A stretch of 64,000 bases of DNA from Piedraia hortae CBS 480.64. Taxonomy: Eukaryota. Both the position numbers and the translations under genes were made by a program. The notes beneath the pieces were generated by a model. It made no database searches. It saw only the letters and a list, made by a program, of their open reading frames with translations, and was not told where the DNA came from. This document shows positions 51,357 to 61,720 of the stretch, in pieces; within the stretch, counting starts at the first letter, position 1, and each line of letters starts with the position of its first letter. The stretch is from assembly GCA_010093745.1 (NCBI GenBank), contig MU005982.1:1-64000 (forward strand), in the 5' to 3' direction.

Positions 51357-51584
51357 TGTTACGGTGCTCAGAGGAAAAGGTGCAATGAGTCCCAACAACG
51401 ATGACAATCCGAACTTCTATCTACTGGGAAGCTAGGATAGTATAAATCAATCCAGAAGCGCCGTCCATACGTGCGTGGTGGCGAGCGTAGCTATGAATAC
51501 CTAGCAGGGCGCGTCGGTGTATCAAATTCCCGGTGCGCTTAGGCGGTGCTGGTCGTCCCGCGTACACACAACCTCGCCGTAACA
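51357..51584. mobile_element. Solo LTR, family F (228 bp)
   Basis: TGTTACGG...CCGTAACA inverted termini; near-TSD CGAAC/CGGAC. Confidence 0.85.
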
Positions 51585-51689
51585 CGGACGGCCGATTTCT
51601 CGCATCCATGTCCCAGAATAAGCAGCTCAGTTTTTGGAACATTGAGACGCAAGTTTGCGAACAGTGGCTATCAGATTAGAGGCTCTTGA

Positions 51690-52420
51690 AGCTCTCATGT
51701 TGTCTTCGCTTCCTGATTTTGCTCTCATCGGACGGGCTTTTCGTGGTTGTTGTCTCCGCAAACCAAGCCCCGGAGAATGGGGTTTGGGTCTGGGACCTGG
51801 ATGGAGCTGGAAGACAAGCCAGGCGATCTTTCCGCTCTTGCATTGTTTGCAGACAGCAAGACTTTCATTTGCAGTTTCCAAGACGGCACGATATGGGCGA
51901 CTGATCTCACACATTGCGCTATGCTAAAACAATACACGGGTCATACGAAAAGCATCAGATTCTCCAAATGGACACAGTTTTGCGTCGATGTCAAGTGACA
52001 AAACTCTGAGGATCTGGGGATCTAGGTCAGAAACCCCGCTAGTACTGAGGTTTGAAGACTTGGCGATGGAGACAAGTTTCTCAGCAGACGGATGGATGCT
52101 ATATAATTGTGACATTCGTTCGGGCATATGTGAATGGAAAATTGTAGAGGCCTGCTTTGTGCGCACGTATTTCCCTGAAGGCCGACACGATTTGGGTTCG
52201 ATAATCTCTACTAGTGGCTTTGTGTCCTCGTTCATTCTGCCTGTCGCGGATAAAACAGAGGCCACTAAAGCCGATCAGTCTCACACGCACGCGGATACTT
52301 CGACTTCAAAGGAGAACATTGCGATGTTCAAAACTCAAGAACTTTGGCTCTTGAACGAGGTAGGTGGTATCACTATCAATGCTCGGGAAATGCTCAGCCT
52401 CCCTGATCAGCTGTCGCCGT
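51690..52420 (+). pseudogene. Frameshifted WD40-repeat relic
   Basis: Fragments VWVWDL, FADSKTFICSFQDGTIW, QYTGHTKSI, SSDKTLRIW and SFSADG in different frames. Confidence 0.55.
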
Positions 52421-53392
52421 AACACTGGATTTTATGCGGGCGAATGATGTCTATCCCCAACCAGGCGGTTGGGTGTATGGTATATCACTTCACGTGGAAA
52501 GTCTCTTTCTGAATGATATTGAACTCTTCCAGGTGGAACGGTGGATAAAGTTTGTGCGTCTTGAAGAATTAGCTTCATTCTTGACTAGCTGCACTGGGCT
52601 AAGGTTTATAGGTGTGATAGGATTTTGTTACAAGCAGGTAACTGCTACATGAATCCAGCATGGCGATCAGGCTACTGCTTTGCCTTGAACCATGTTCCAA
52701 GTAACGTCAACGTTGTTGGACCCACTCGAGAAACCACGAGGTCGTTTAATTCGTCAACTAGGTATTGCAAGAGTCAATGGCGGTGATGGAAAGCAAGATT
52801 GCAATGTTGACCGGCAAGTATGGCAAACACACGAATAGACAAAGGGCTGATTATAAAGCAGGGGTTCAGACATGCAGAACCCAATAACACGATTTATCCA
52901 CCGCGCGGGATGATTGTCGATGAATGGGGCAAATAAGGGCTAGCATACGCGTCAAGCACCCACCAAGAAACAGATCTCGAGTGTGTGGTTCTTTATCATA
53001 TTCACTCACCCCATACAACCTTGACTGCGTGTTCGCCTGGCGCTAGTTATCCCGTAGCGGCTTCAGCCTCACCATGTTGGCAATCTCCTATGCAAGTGTG
53101 TGCCACAGGACCAACCCGCCATAGTGCTGATGCATACCTATGAGGGTTTGTTACGCATTGTCTTAAGTGATTTGAAAACCCTCGAATGAACTTTACACCT
53201 CTGAAGTCCAAGGCTAATGACAGTGTTGGTGCGACTTGGTGCCTTCTTTGACCAACACAGACGAGATACTTGGAGTTCATCGGCCAACATGACTGCAGGA
53301 CGAGATGTGACCAACAAAACGAAGCTGCACTACGTCTAGGTGATGCATAAAGAGGGAGACTCTGCTCTTCCATCACCTCAAGCAACGCAAAC

Positions 53393-54025
53393 ATGCATAT
53401 ACTCAAGACCCTCCTCTCCTTGCTCTTCCTATCCCTGGTAAGCGCTGGGCCTGTGCTGCCGCTAGAAACGGATGACTGGGACTTCTCTGTCAATGGATCG
53501 TGGTCCAACATGACCGAGCGCGCCAAGCGTCCCACCCGATATATCCCCACCATAATCGAAAACATGGACGAAGAATTGGTTCAATGCGGGAATACTCCCA
53601 TCACCAAAGAGGCAATCAGGGCCGCCATCGAGTGGGGCTCTGCTCTGAACGAAAACCATGACGGTCGTGAAACTGATGTAAAAGGTAAGACCAGCCCATC
53701 GCCGTGTGTCGTCTTTCTGACTGTGAACCAAGGAAAGTCAACTAAGTGGCCCAAGGGTTACGGAAACAGCGAAAAGTTTGTGTGGATTAATGAAATCAAA
53801 GAATGCAATGGTTATCGCTTGGAATTTCCCGTCATTGAAGGCCGTCTCTTTGGCGATACTCCTGATGGCAAAGATTCGCCCGGCCTGTACCGAGCTATCT
53901 TTACCCACAAGCGAGGCAAGAAGAATCGCAAGGATGGACAACTGGTTTCCTACTATTGTGGGACAATTTATCATATTGGTAGAGCTGGTGAATTTGCTGG
54001 GTGCGATGTCTCCAACAATGCTTAA
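53393..54025 (+). CDS. Secreted RNase T1/N1-fold protein (effector or ribotoxin-like); probable in-frame intron 53685-53732
   Basis: Signal peptide, Kex2-like KR site, CG..(helix), WPKGYGNSE, EFPV, SPGLYRAIF, YCGTIYH and FAGC align with RNase T1 YPHKYNNYE / EWPI / SPGADRVVF / ITH / FVEC. Confidence 0.85.
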   Translation: MHILKTLLSLLFLSLVSAGPVLPLETDDWDFSVNGSWSNMTERAKRPTRYIPTIIENMDEELVQCGNTPITKEAIRAAIEWGSALNENHDGRETDVKGKTSPSPCVVFLTVNQGKSTKWPKGYGNSEKFVWINEIKECNGYRLEFPVIEGRLFGDTPDGKDSPGLYRAIFTHKRGKKNRKDGQLVSYYCGTIYHIGRAGEFAGCDVSNNA

Positions 54026-54332
54026 CCCGCTGGAGAGTAGGAGTAGGATATATTTAGCTGTGGGAAGCGGTTAATCGAAACCTTGTCTGATGCTGAGGTT
54101 GTCTTTTAGTAATTGGGTTTCTGATGCGGTAGCCTCGGTGCGATTGTCGAACATGTAAAGGCACAACAACGGACAGTGGCTTTTCTGATAAGCAGAACAG
54201 AGCCTATTAACGGCTCTGGCAAGCAGACGACTGACACAGCCGTATCTCTGTCGTTGGTGGCAGTCGAGGCTGCTGGGCAATGATGTCACACCTCCAGGAA
54301 CACCAAAATTCATTACACGCGCAGCGAAGACC

Positions 54333-55646
54333 ATGGCCGGCCTCTTCAACCGCGTGTTTGGCGGACAGAGCAGCGTCTCAGCTGGTAATGTAGACTCAGA
54401 CGCGGACTTTGCAGATTTCGCAGCAAATCCAGCACCGCCGTCGCATGCCGCGCCTAGTGCGGTCGTTGCGACATCAACATCCGCAGCAGCAGCAGCAGCA
54501 GCGGTATCTCCAGGACCAGATGCGGCTGTTTACACTAAATGGTACCGTGTATGGGAGCGCACGACGCCGGCAGACTTTTACCAGGAAATGGCTATCGTGC
54601 CGTTCCTCCTCTTAATTATCCTGACGTATCTATGGGGAAGTAGGGCTAACCGTGGACGCGCAAAGCAATGGATGGAGACCCATCGGCCGATAATGGAGGC
54701 AGAGTTTGCGCAGGTTGGACTCGGCAAAGGAAAGGCGGATTTGAAGCAGAAGACGCTGAGCGAATTTACTACCTATGCTACTGGACGACAGAGCGTAGCT
54801 TGGTTGGATGTCAAGCTACAGCTATACCCACGCTACAATCCCTCGCGCTGGTTCGGTCAGTGGCTCATTTCCTTTTTCATGGAGAGCCTGCCGGCACCAA
54901 CAGAGAGGATGGAGGCCGTAGCCGTGTGCTTTGACGGCAAGGAAAAGACGCTCCTGCCATTACCGCCAATGGCTTCAAAGGATTCGGCTTTTGACGGCTT
55001 CGTCTGGGCCATTGTCCACAAGGATGTCATGGCTAAACTCCGGGACGAGCGATACGACGTCAGCCTTACGACGACCAAGGAACACCCAAAGCTCCCGGTA
55101 TGGACGACGGTCATGAGCGAGAGCGCAGAGGTGACGCAAGCGCTCCTTACGCCGGAGCTCATCCAGGCCATAACCGACACCGGGGACGACTTTGAGGCCT
55201 TAATCGTATCGGATATGCCCGTTGACGCGCCAAAAACGTGAGTAACAGCAAAATCCGTCAAACGTAATGACTAATCAAACAGCGTTGACGACCTCACGCC
55301 CCAGAAACGCGTGTCGCTGCTTACAAAGCTCAATGCAAGCTCCTCCGCGTCATCGCTGTTCTCCTACTTCCTGCGCATGCCAGATCAGCTTGTCTCCACG
55401 GCCCATTTCCGCCCAGAGGCTCTGCGCAAGGTCCGTGCGACACGCCAGGAGGAGCTACAAAGGATTCGCAAGGCCGGTGAGAGCGAAAAGGACGTCGATC
55501 GCCGGTCAGAAGCCGAAAAACGGAAAAAGGAGGAGCGCGACAGGAAGCTGAAGAAAATGTCGGCGGAAGAGCAACGCAAGTTCCTGGAACAAGAGAAGAA
55601 AAAGGAGCAGCGGAAAGATATGGCGCGGCGATCGATGCGGGCGTGA
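54333..55646 (+). CDS. DUF1682 / CCDC47 (PAT complex subunit)-like ER membrane protein; exons 54333-55237, 55283-55646
   Basis: YTKWYRVWER, a single TM segment, EFAQVG, YATGRQ and a C-terminal coiled coil MSAEEQRKFLEQE; a 45-nt intron restores the frame. Confidence 0.85.
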
Positions 55647-55875
55647 ATGGTATTGCCAAAAATAGGCATTCAAGGCTTAGGGTTAGGTTCTCCGCGAATG
55701 GAAGCGCCGCGCCGATTGCTGGAGGCGCGGCGCGGAGATGACGTGTGCAGTAGACAGCCACGCGGGGTCACGTGAACGCCATAAACGGCAAGAACCTGTT
55801 TCCTTTCTGTTGTACTGGAGTTTCGTCGAGCTTTCGCCTTCTCTCTCTCCTTTCTCCCTCGTTCGCTTCCTCATC

Positions 55876-57537
55876 ATGTTGTCCCTACTGTTCGCGTCGG
55901 CCGCCTTCGCTCTCCCTGAAATCTCAATCTCCAAGCGCGATGCACACATGCAAAAGTCGCTGATGGCGCGCGGAGTCTACAAGCGCGACTCGTCGGTGGA
56001 AACAAACGTTTACAACATTGCGCCGTGGAGCGCGGGCGGAGCTTACTACGCCAACGTCACAGTAGGCACGCCGCCGCAAGATCAGGTGGTCATCTTAGAC
56101 ACGGGGTCGTCCGATCTTTACTTTGACGCCTCAACCGCCAGTTCATGTTCGGGCGGAGAAAGAGGTTCCTGTCGCGGTGGGACATTTGACCATTCCAAGT
56201 CTAATTCGTACAAAGTTGTCGCTCAATCTCCCGCATTTAACACCTCATTTGGCGATGGCACCACCGCCTACGGTCCCTTTGGCGAGGATGTGGTTGGAAT
56301 CGGCGACTTGCGCATAAAAAACGTACAGTTTGGGCTTGCCGAGACGGTCAACAGCACCACGGGATATGCTGTCGGACTCATGGGGGTCGGATACGGCTTC
56401 AACGAGGCCACGGACCACTCTTATCCCAATATTCCCGAGGTTCTAACGCTCTCTGGTGCAATCAACAGCCGGTTGTATTCGGTTTATCTCAATGATGACG
56501 ATTCCACAGGAAGCATTCTTTTTGGCGGCATTGACAAGTCCAAATACACGGGCGATCTGGTCACAATCAATCTTCTCCCCGATGCGAGGACGGGCACAGT
56601 TTTCCAGTTCATCACTACCGTTACCGATTTGAGTGCAACAGTCGGCGGTAAAACCAGCAGCCTCTTCTCCGGCGGCACCAACACAATCCAAGCCTACGGA
56701 AATGACGACCAAAGTCTTCCCGTTCTTTTGGACACTGGTAGCGCGGCTTGGGAATTGCCATCTTCCTACTACTCGCGACTGTTCAAGCCTGCCTTCCCCT
56801 ACATTCGCAAGGACTTTACCTGCCCCTGCTCGGTGCGCAACCGTGACGACAGCGTGACTCTGACCATTGGTGGTGCTGTCAAAATTACGGTCAAGGCTCG
56901 GGATTTCATCACTCCTTATTATGACCCCGAGACCAACCAGGCTGTGCCAGATACCGTGGACTCGGGGGATACGCTCTGCCTGTCCATGATTCAGCCTGGT
57001 CAGTCGCTCGGCACGGGCTTCATGGTCCTAGGCGATGCCATTCTCCGTAGCATGTACGTTGTTTTCGACCTCGACCAGGGCCAGGTATCGATTGCCCAGG
57101 CAAAGCTCAACTCCACGGACAAGCCCAATATTGTTGAAGTTCCTTCTGGTCCGGGTGGCGTTGCGAAAGCCGCCAGTGCGAAGCAGCCTTCTTCCAGCCA
57201 GACGTGGAGTATCGAGCCCGCTGTTCAAGACCAGACAGCAAGCTTCTCCGCTAGCACCGCTCAGAGCACCATTGGCACAGCAACGGGCACCGCAGCCGTA
57301 CCCGCAGATGCCCAAATTTCGGGCGAGGCTAGCTCGTCTGGTTCCGGCAGTAGTGGAAGTGGAGACAGCAGCGGCAGCGGCAGCGGCAGTGGAAGCGGAA
57401 GCGGAAGCGGAAGCGGAAGCGGAAGTGGCTCAAGCGGAACGACAGGTTCTGCGTCTGCGGAAAGAATCGACTGGATTGTGTTTTCCGTCTCGGCTTTGGT
57501 TGGCGTTTTTGTTTTGGGCGGAGTTGGCTCCCTATAG
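55876..57537 (+). CDS. GPI-anchored yapsin/OpsB-like aspartic endopeptidase (A1 family)
   Basis: Signal peptide from the ATG at 55876, KR propeptide sites, two catalytic motifs DTGSS and DTGSA, LGDAILRSMYVVFD, a Ser/Gly-rich stalk and a hydrophobic C-terminal GPI signal. Confidence 0.92.
   Translation: MLSLLFASAAFALPEISISKRDAHMQKSLMARGVYKRDSSVETNVYNIAPWSAGGAYYANVTVGTPPQDQVVILDTGSSDLYFDASTASSCSGGERGSCRGGTFDHSKSNSYKVVAQSPAFNTSFGDGTTAYGPFGEDVVGIGDLRIKNVQFGLAETVNSTTGYAVGLMGVGYGFNEATDHSYPNIPEVLTLSGAINSRLYSVYLNDDDSTGSILFGGIDKSKYTGDLVTINLLPDARTGTVFQFITTVTDLSATVGGKTSSLFSGGTNTIQAYGNDDQSLPVLLDTGSAAWELPSSYYSRLFKPAFPYIRKDFTCPCSVRNRDDSVTLTIGGAVKITVKARDFITPYYDPETNQAVPDTVDSGDTLCLSMIQPGQSLGTGFMVLGDAILRSMYVVFDLDQGQVSIAQAKLNSTDKPNIVEVPSGPGGVAKAASAKQPSSSQTWSIEPAVQDQTASFSASTAQSTIGTATGTAAVPADAQISGEASSSGSGSSGSGDSSGSGSGSGSGSGSGSGSGSGSSGTTGSASAERIDWIVFSVSALVGVFVLGGVGSL
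57345..57432 (+). repeat. (GGAAGC/GGCAGC)n hexamer repeat encoding a Gly-Ser stalk
   Basis: Directly visible within the protease CDS. Confidence 0.85.
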
Positions 57538-59076
57538 ACTCTGGTGATGCGCCGCGTATGATTGTTTTCGTGATGTACATATGGCTATATTCTTAGACGA
57601 GGACACCTGTGAATTTGTGTTGATACTTGTATGTGCCATTCAGCTTTATTTATGGACTGTGAGGATGATATATTTCTCATTTCTGTTGGGCACGATGCGC
57701 CAATAATTTTCGTTTCGTGAATGGGGGATAGATGAATGACCACCCCTTCCTGACTCCACCCGCATTTATATAGATTGTCGATCTCTACATCGTATACTTT
57801 CCAACCATAACTCGCAGGTGATGGCACATCCCTCAACGTTTTGGTGAAGAGGTTTGTGATCCGGCTTCTTTCTGCTGTTCAGAGAGGCAAGGAGGGCGGG
57901 ATGGGTATATCCTCCCAAGGGAAGAGGGTTGATGTAGCTTATACGACTGCGCAGTTATTAGCTTTATGAGGTTGAAGGAGAAGCTAGCAGAGCGATCCCG
58001 GGTGCCGAGGGTTTTGGGCCGTTTTGAGAAAGATGCAACACTGCTTTCTACGCGGAGGGATAGATGTCTGTCAATCCAGATTCCTGTCTGTCATCGGTTA
58101 GGTGAATGATCGAGACCGGGAGGGTTTGTTGATACTACGGGATAGTCGCAACGTGACCGAACTGCGCACATACCGGGTCTGAGGACGGCCAACTTGCAGA
58201 CCAATTCGCTTTCAAATGATGGGGCACCACGTACTTGTAGATGACCAATACCATGGCGAATGAATCCACGCCCGGGTGAGGGCTTTCGGGAACAGGTCTT
58301 GATAAGTTGCCGCTGTGATTGGAGGTATTCGAGTTGTAGGATGGCATTTGTTGGGACGTTGCAGGGTTGTGGATTGAGAGATGTCACTTGCGTGGGACAG
58401 ATGTGCTGCTGACGAGGAGGAGAGTTTGCTTTTTGAGTGTGATGATCCCCCGTTTCGGCGGATGGGATGCTTTGTTGATTCACCTGGCAGAGGAGATCGA
58501 ACGAGTGAGGCTTTGGAGGCTCGGTTAGTGGTGGTGCGTTGTATGAGATGGCTTGGAGGATGATGGTCCGGTAAAGGTCGTGACTTTTTGAGAGTGGCTC
58601 TTGAACGGGACTGTCAATTGGCGGATCGACTTACTGTGTAACAAACGGAGGATCGGTAGACGAAGGTGTACGAGTGGGATTGAGGATACGGACTATGGTT
58701 ATTGTGCAGAGTTCCGGTAAGGGACAGGCCATCTTGCTGTGACCTGGATCAGTGAGGTTTCTGCGCTGGGTTGGTGGTTCCTTCGGGCTATTTGTGGAGA
58801 CAGTCGGTTTTTGCGAGCGTTGGAGAAGCTGGAAGGGATCTCGTATAACCACGACGGGCAGCCACAGCAATACGGCTGAAGAAAATGACTTCGACAGGCC
58901 GATAGACATCATGGCGAGTCCTCTCCCCACTCTTTCACAACAAATTGAGAGGCATAAAGCCACTAAAACACGGCCCGTACCGAAATTACTCCCACGCACA
59001 CAAGCTTTGACGAGCAAACGCCAACTCAAACCCCACAATCAATTCTTACACCCATACTGACTAACACCAACCAACC

Positions 59077-61146
59077 ATGTCCTCCCTCCCACACAGCTGG
59101 GACACCCCGGCAGAATACCTCAATTTCCTACTGCAACGTTTCAACGTCAACACGGACGAGCACCGTGCTAACCTCAACGAAACCGTCTCCTCCAACGAAA
59201 CTCCCGAAACAGGTCACACGTTGGACTACGTCGCCCTTCTGGGTCCAGACGTCATTGCTAGACTTAACCTCTCGGCCACCGAGCACGCCCGCATCGCTAA
59301 AAAATGTAAAACCCTAGAAACTCGCATCGAAGTCCTCCTCACCAGACATGTCAGCATCCTAGACGAATCCGAGCGTGTGGCCCGCCAACTCGCTGACAAT
59401 CTCGAAGAATATAGAGCTTGCTTGGAGGGACTCAAGAATGGGAGAGTGCAGATTGCGTCTACTGAGGCTAAGGATGCCATTAGGGAGGTTCTAGTTAGGG
59501 ATTTCCTCCGCCAGTTCAGGGTACAGGCTAGGGAGAAACTCGGGGATAGTCCTATTCAGCAGATGCATAGTTTGAAGGCTGTTGTCCCGGAGTGGGCAAA
59601 GGAGAAGTTGGAGGGGGTTTATGGGCCTGTGGAGGGACGTGAGGGTGGAGAGGGTGGTGATTATGGAGAGCCTGCTTTTGTTGGAAAGGGGAAAAGGAAA
59701 GATAGGGCTATTTCGCCTTTCCATGTCCCGGATATTGAAGCGTTCAAGGTAGGCGAGGTGGAGGAACGTCGCCTTCGTCTGACGAAATTGGTTGCCGAGC
59801 ATATTAGTTCCCCAGAATGTATAAGGGCGGAGCAGGCGATTTTCCGGCTCAAACAGGTGGAAGAAATGGATGGACCCTTGGCTTCAATGCTGGGGGGCGA
59901 AGTGGCTAGGGGAGGGGGAAAGCTTATGTTTGAATTGGTGCAGAGCGACGGCGGTCGCGATTTTCTCCTTGTGAGCGGGGGCATGCCTTTTTCAGCCGGG
60001 AAGCCGTCTCAAACGAAGTCAGACAAAGGGAAGTCAGTGCAGATTGAGGAGGCTCCTCAGGCCGGGTTCAGCCCGTCCCAGAATGATTCCGGAAGGGGAA
60101 AAGCACCGCAGAGCCGTATTGTGAAGATTGCTCCACCAATTCCTCCGGCCAGGTTGAGCTCCAAGGGGCAAACATCGGGTGGAATAGTGAAGCAGGGTGG
60201 TATGAATGGAACATATACTCAATGGTTCCCTCCCACACCCAACGCGAAGCCTATTATTGCGGGTGAGCCGTCAAAATCGGTGGAGGGCAAATCAGTCCAG
60301 GGGCGGAGTGCTCAAGAGCTTCCCCCTACGCCAATTCCAAAGAGAGAGTCGTCAAAATCGACTCGGGGCAAGACAGTTGGTGACACAAACATGAAGCAGT
60401 CCCCTCCCACATATAACGCGAATTCCGCCTCCAATGGAGAATCGTCGACATCTAAGCAGGGAAAATCATTCGGCGAGATGGGCGCTCAGCAGCCTTCTCC
60501 CACCCATACCGTGAAGCCAGCCTCCAATGGAGAGCTATCTAAATTGAACCAGGGCAAGTCAGTCGGCGAGACGGACGTTCAGCAGTCCCCTCCGACGCCC
60601 AACGTGAAATTGGCCTCACATGAAGAGTCCCTGCAGTCGAAGCAAGGCAAGTCAGCCCAAAAACCGACCGGGACGAGCGCTCAAGAGCTCTCCCCTACGT
60701 CTATCTCCAATGGAGAGTCTTCAAAACCTAAGCAGGGAAAGTCAATTGAGGAAACGGGCGCGAAGTGGTCCTTTCCTCCCTCCAACGGAGGATCATCTCA
60801 TTCACCGCGAAGCAACGACCCCCAAACCTCAATCCCTCCCACCTCGGTGACCAAACCCCTCTTAAAAGCAAGGCCATCCAGATTCATCGAAGGCGAAGTG
60901 GTCCTAAACGAGAACATTTCTCCCACGCCTATGACCAAATCCATCTCCCCGGATAACTCCAAATCAGCCAAGCCGCAGCAGGACACCAACGCTCCAACCA
61001 AGGGAGACGCTAACCCAGGAACACCCTCCACGCCGAAAAAATCCTCCCTCAGAAAAGTAAAATCCGAAGACTCACCCGCTAGTACTTCAAGCAGGCTCTC
61101 CCCGGGCCAGATTATTCGCTCTCGCTGTGGTGGGGAAGTGCAGTGA
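59077..61146 (+). CDS. Hypothetical 689-aa protein: helical/coiled-coil N-terminus, S/P/K-rich C-terminal half with ~32-aa tandem repeats
   Basis: 2-kb uninterrupted ORF with a good start context (CAACCATG); repeats of PPT..N.K.ASNGESS..KQGKS. Confidence 0.75.
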   Translation: MSSLPHSWDTPAEYLNFLLQRFNVNTDEHRANLNETVSSNETPETGHTLDYVALLGPDVIARLNLSATEHARIAKKCKTLETRIEVLLTRHVSILDESERVARQLADNLEEYRACLEGLKNGRVQIASTEAKDAIREVLVRDFLRQFRVQAREKLGDSPIQQMHSLKAVVPEWAKEKLEGVYGPVEGREGGEGGDYGEPAFVGKGKRKDRAISPFHVPDIEAFKVGEVEERRLRLTKLVAEHISSPECIRAEQAIFRLKQVEEMDGPLASMLGGEVARGGGKLMFELVQSDGGRDFLLVSGGMPFSAGKPSQTKSDKGKSVQIEEAPQAGFSPSQNDSGRGKAPQSRIVKIAPPIPPARLSSKGQTSGGIVKQGGMNGTYTQWFPPTPNAKPIIAGEPSKSVEGKSVQGRSAQELPPTPIPKRESSKSTRGKTVGDTNMKQSPPTYNANSASNGESSTSKQGKSFGEMGAQQPSPTHTVKPASNGELSKLNQGKSVGETDVQQSPPTPNVKLASHEESLQSKQGKSAQKPTGTSAQELSPTSISNGESSKPKQGKSIEETGAKWSFPPSNGGSSHSPRSNDPQTSIPPTSVTKPLLKARPSRFIEGEVVLNENISPTPMTKSISPDNSKSAKPQQDTNAPTKGDANPGTPSTPKKSSLRKVKSEDSPASTSSRLSPGQIIRSRCGGEVQ

Positions 61147-61551
61147 ATACACACAATCGTTTCAAGGTTACGGAGTCATGTCGGATGCTCTGCCGGGTAG
61201 GAAGATTACAAGCTCGTGACGAGGGACGAGAGTTTGTTCTTTTCGATGTTAGGGTAAATAGGTGTGGACTTTTCTGTGAAAACAAGAAAATGCAGATGTG
61301 CAGTGTGGTGACAGAGGATTTGTGATGCGAAATTTTTTTCGCTCTTGTAGGATTTCGTTTTTCGATAGCAGCTCTTTGAGGGCTTGGAAAAGTGAAGCCA
61401 TGGACGGATTTGGAGTAAAAATTATATTGTGGATGTGAAATTTTTCTGGATGCGAAAGTATCTGGTGGGAGGGTAGAGGGATGTTGTGTGTTTCCTTCCT
61501 CGCGATGTATTCATGGGGAAAGCGATGGGAGACATGAAATTCACTCTGACG

Positions 61552-61720
61552 CTACGAGGCGGCGGCTAATGTCGATCCTTGCCGGTGCCTTGGCATGTCG
61601 ATCGTATGATCGACAATGTTGTCGCTGATAGATTGGTTGGTTTTGTATATAGTTTCGCCGGCCGGCTCGGGCGCAGTCCTGTCTTTCTTTCATCGCTGTT
61701 TCCTGTCCACACCAGTGATA
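61552..61720. repeat. Dispersed ~170-bp repeat, copy 2
   Basis: High similarity to 34466-34636. Confidence 0.8.

Noticed and set aside
55738..55875. 46-aa N-terminal extension of the aspartic protease in the ORF track
   Set aside because: The signal peptide begins at the ATG at 55876; the upstream stretch looks like promoter/UTR (TGACGTG, CACGTG, CT-rich).
58911..59096. Upstream exon for the 689-aa gene via GTACCG...CTAAC...CAG
   Set aside because: The splice would put the downstream ORF out of frame.
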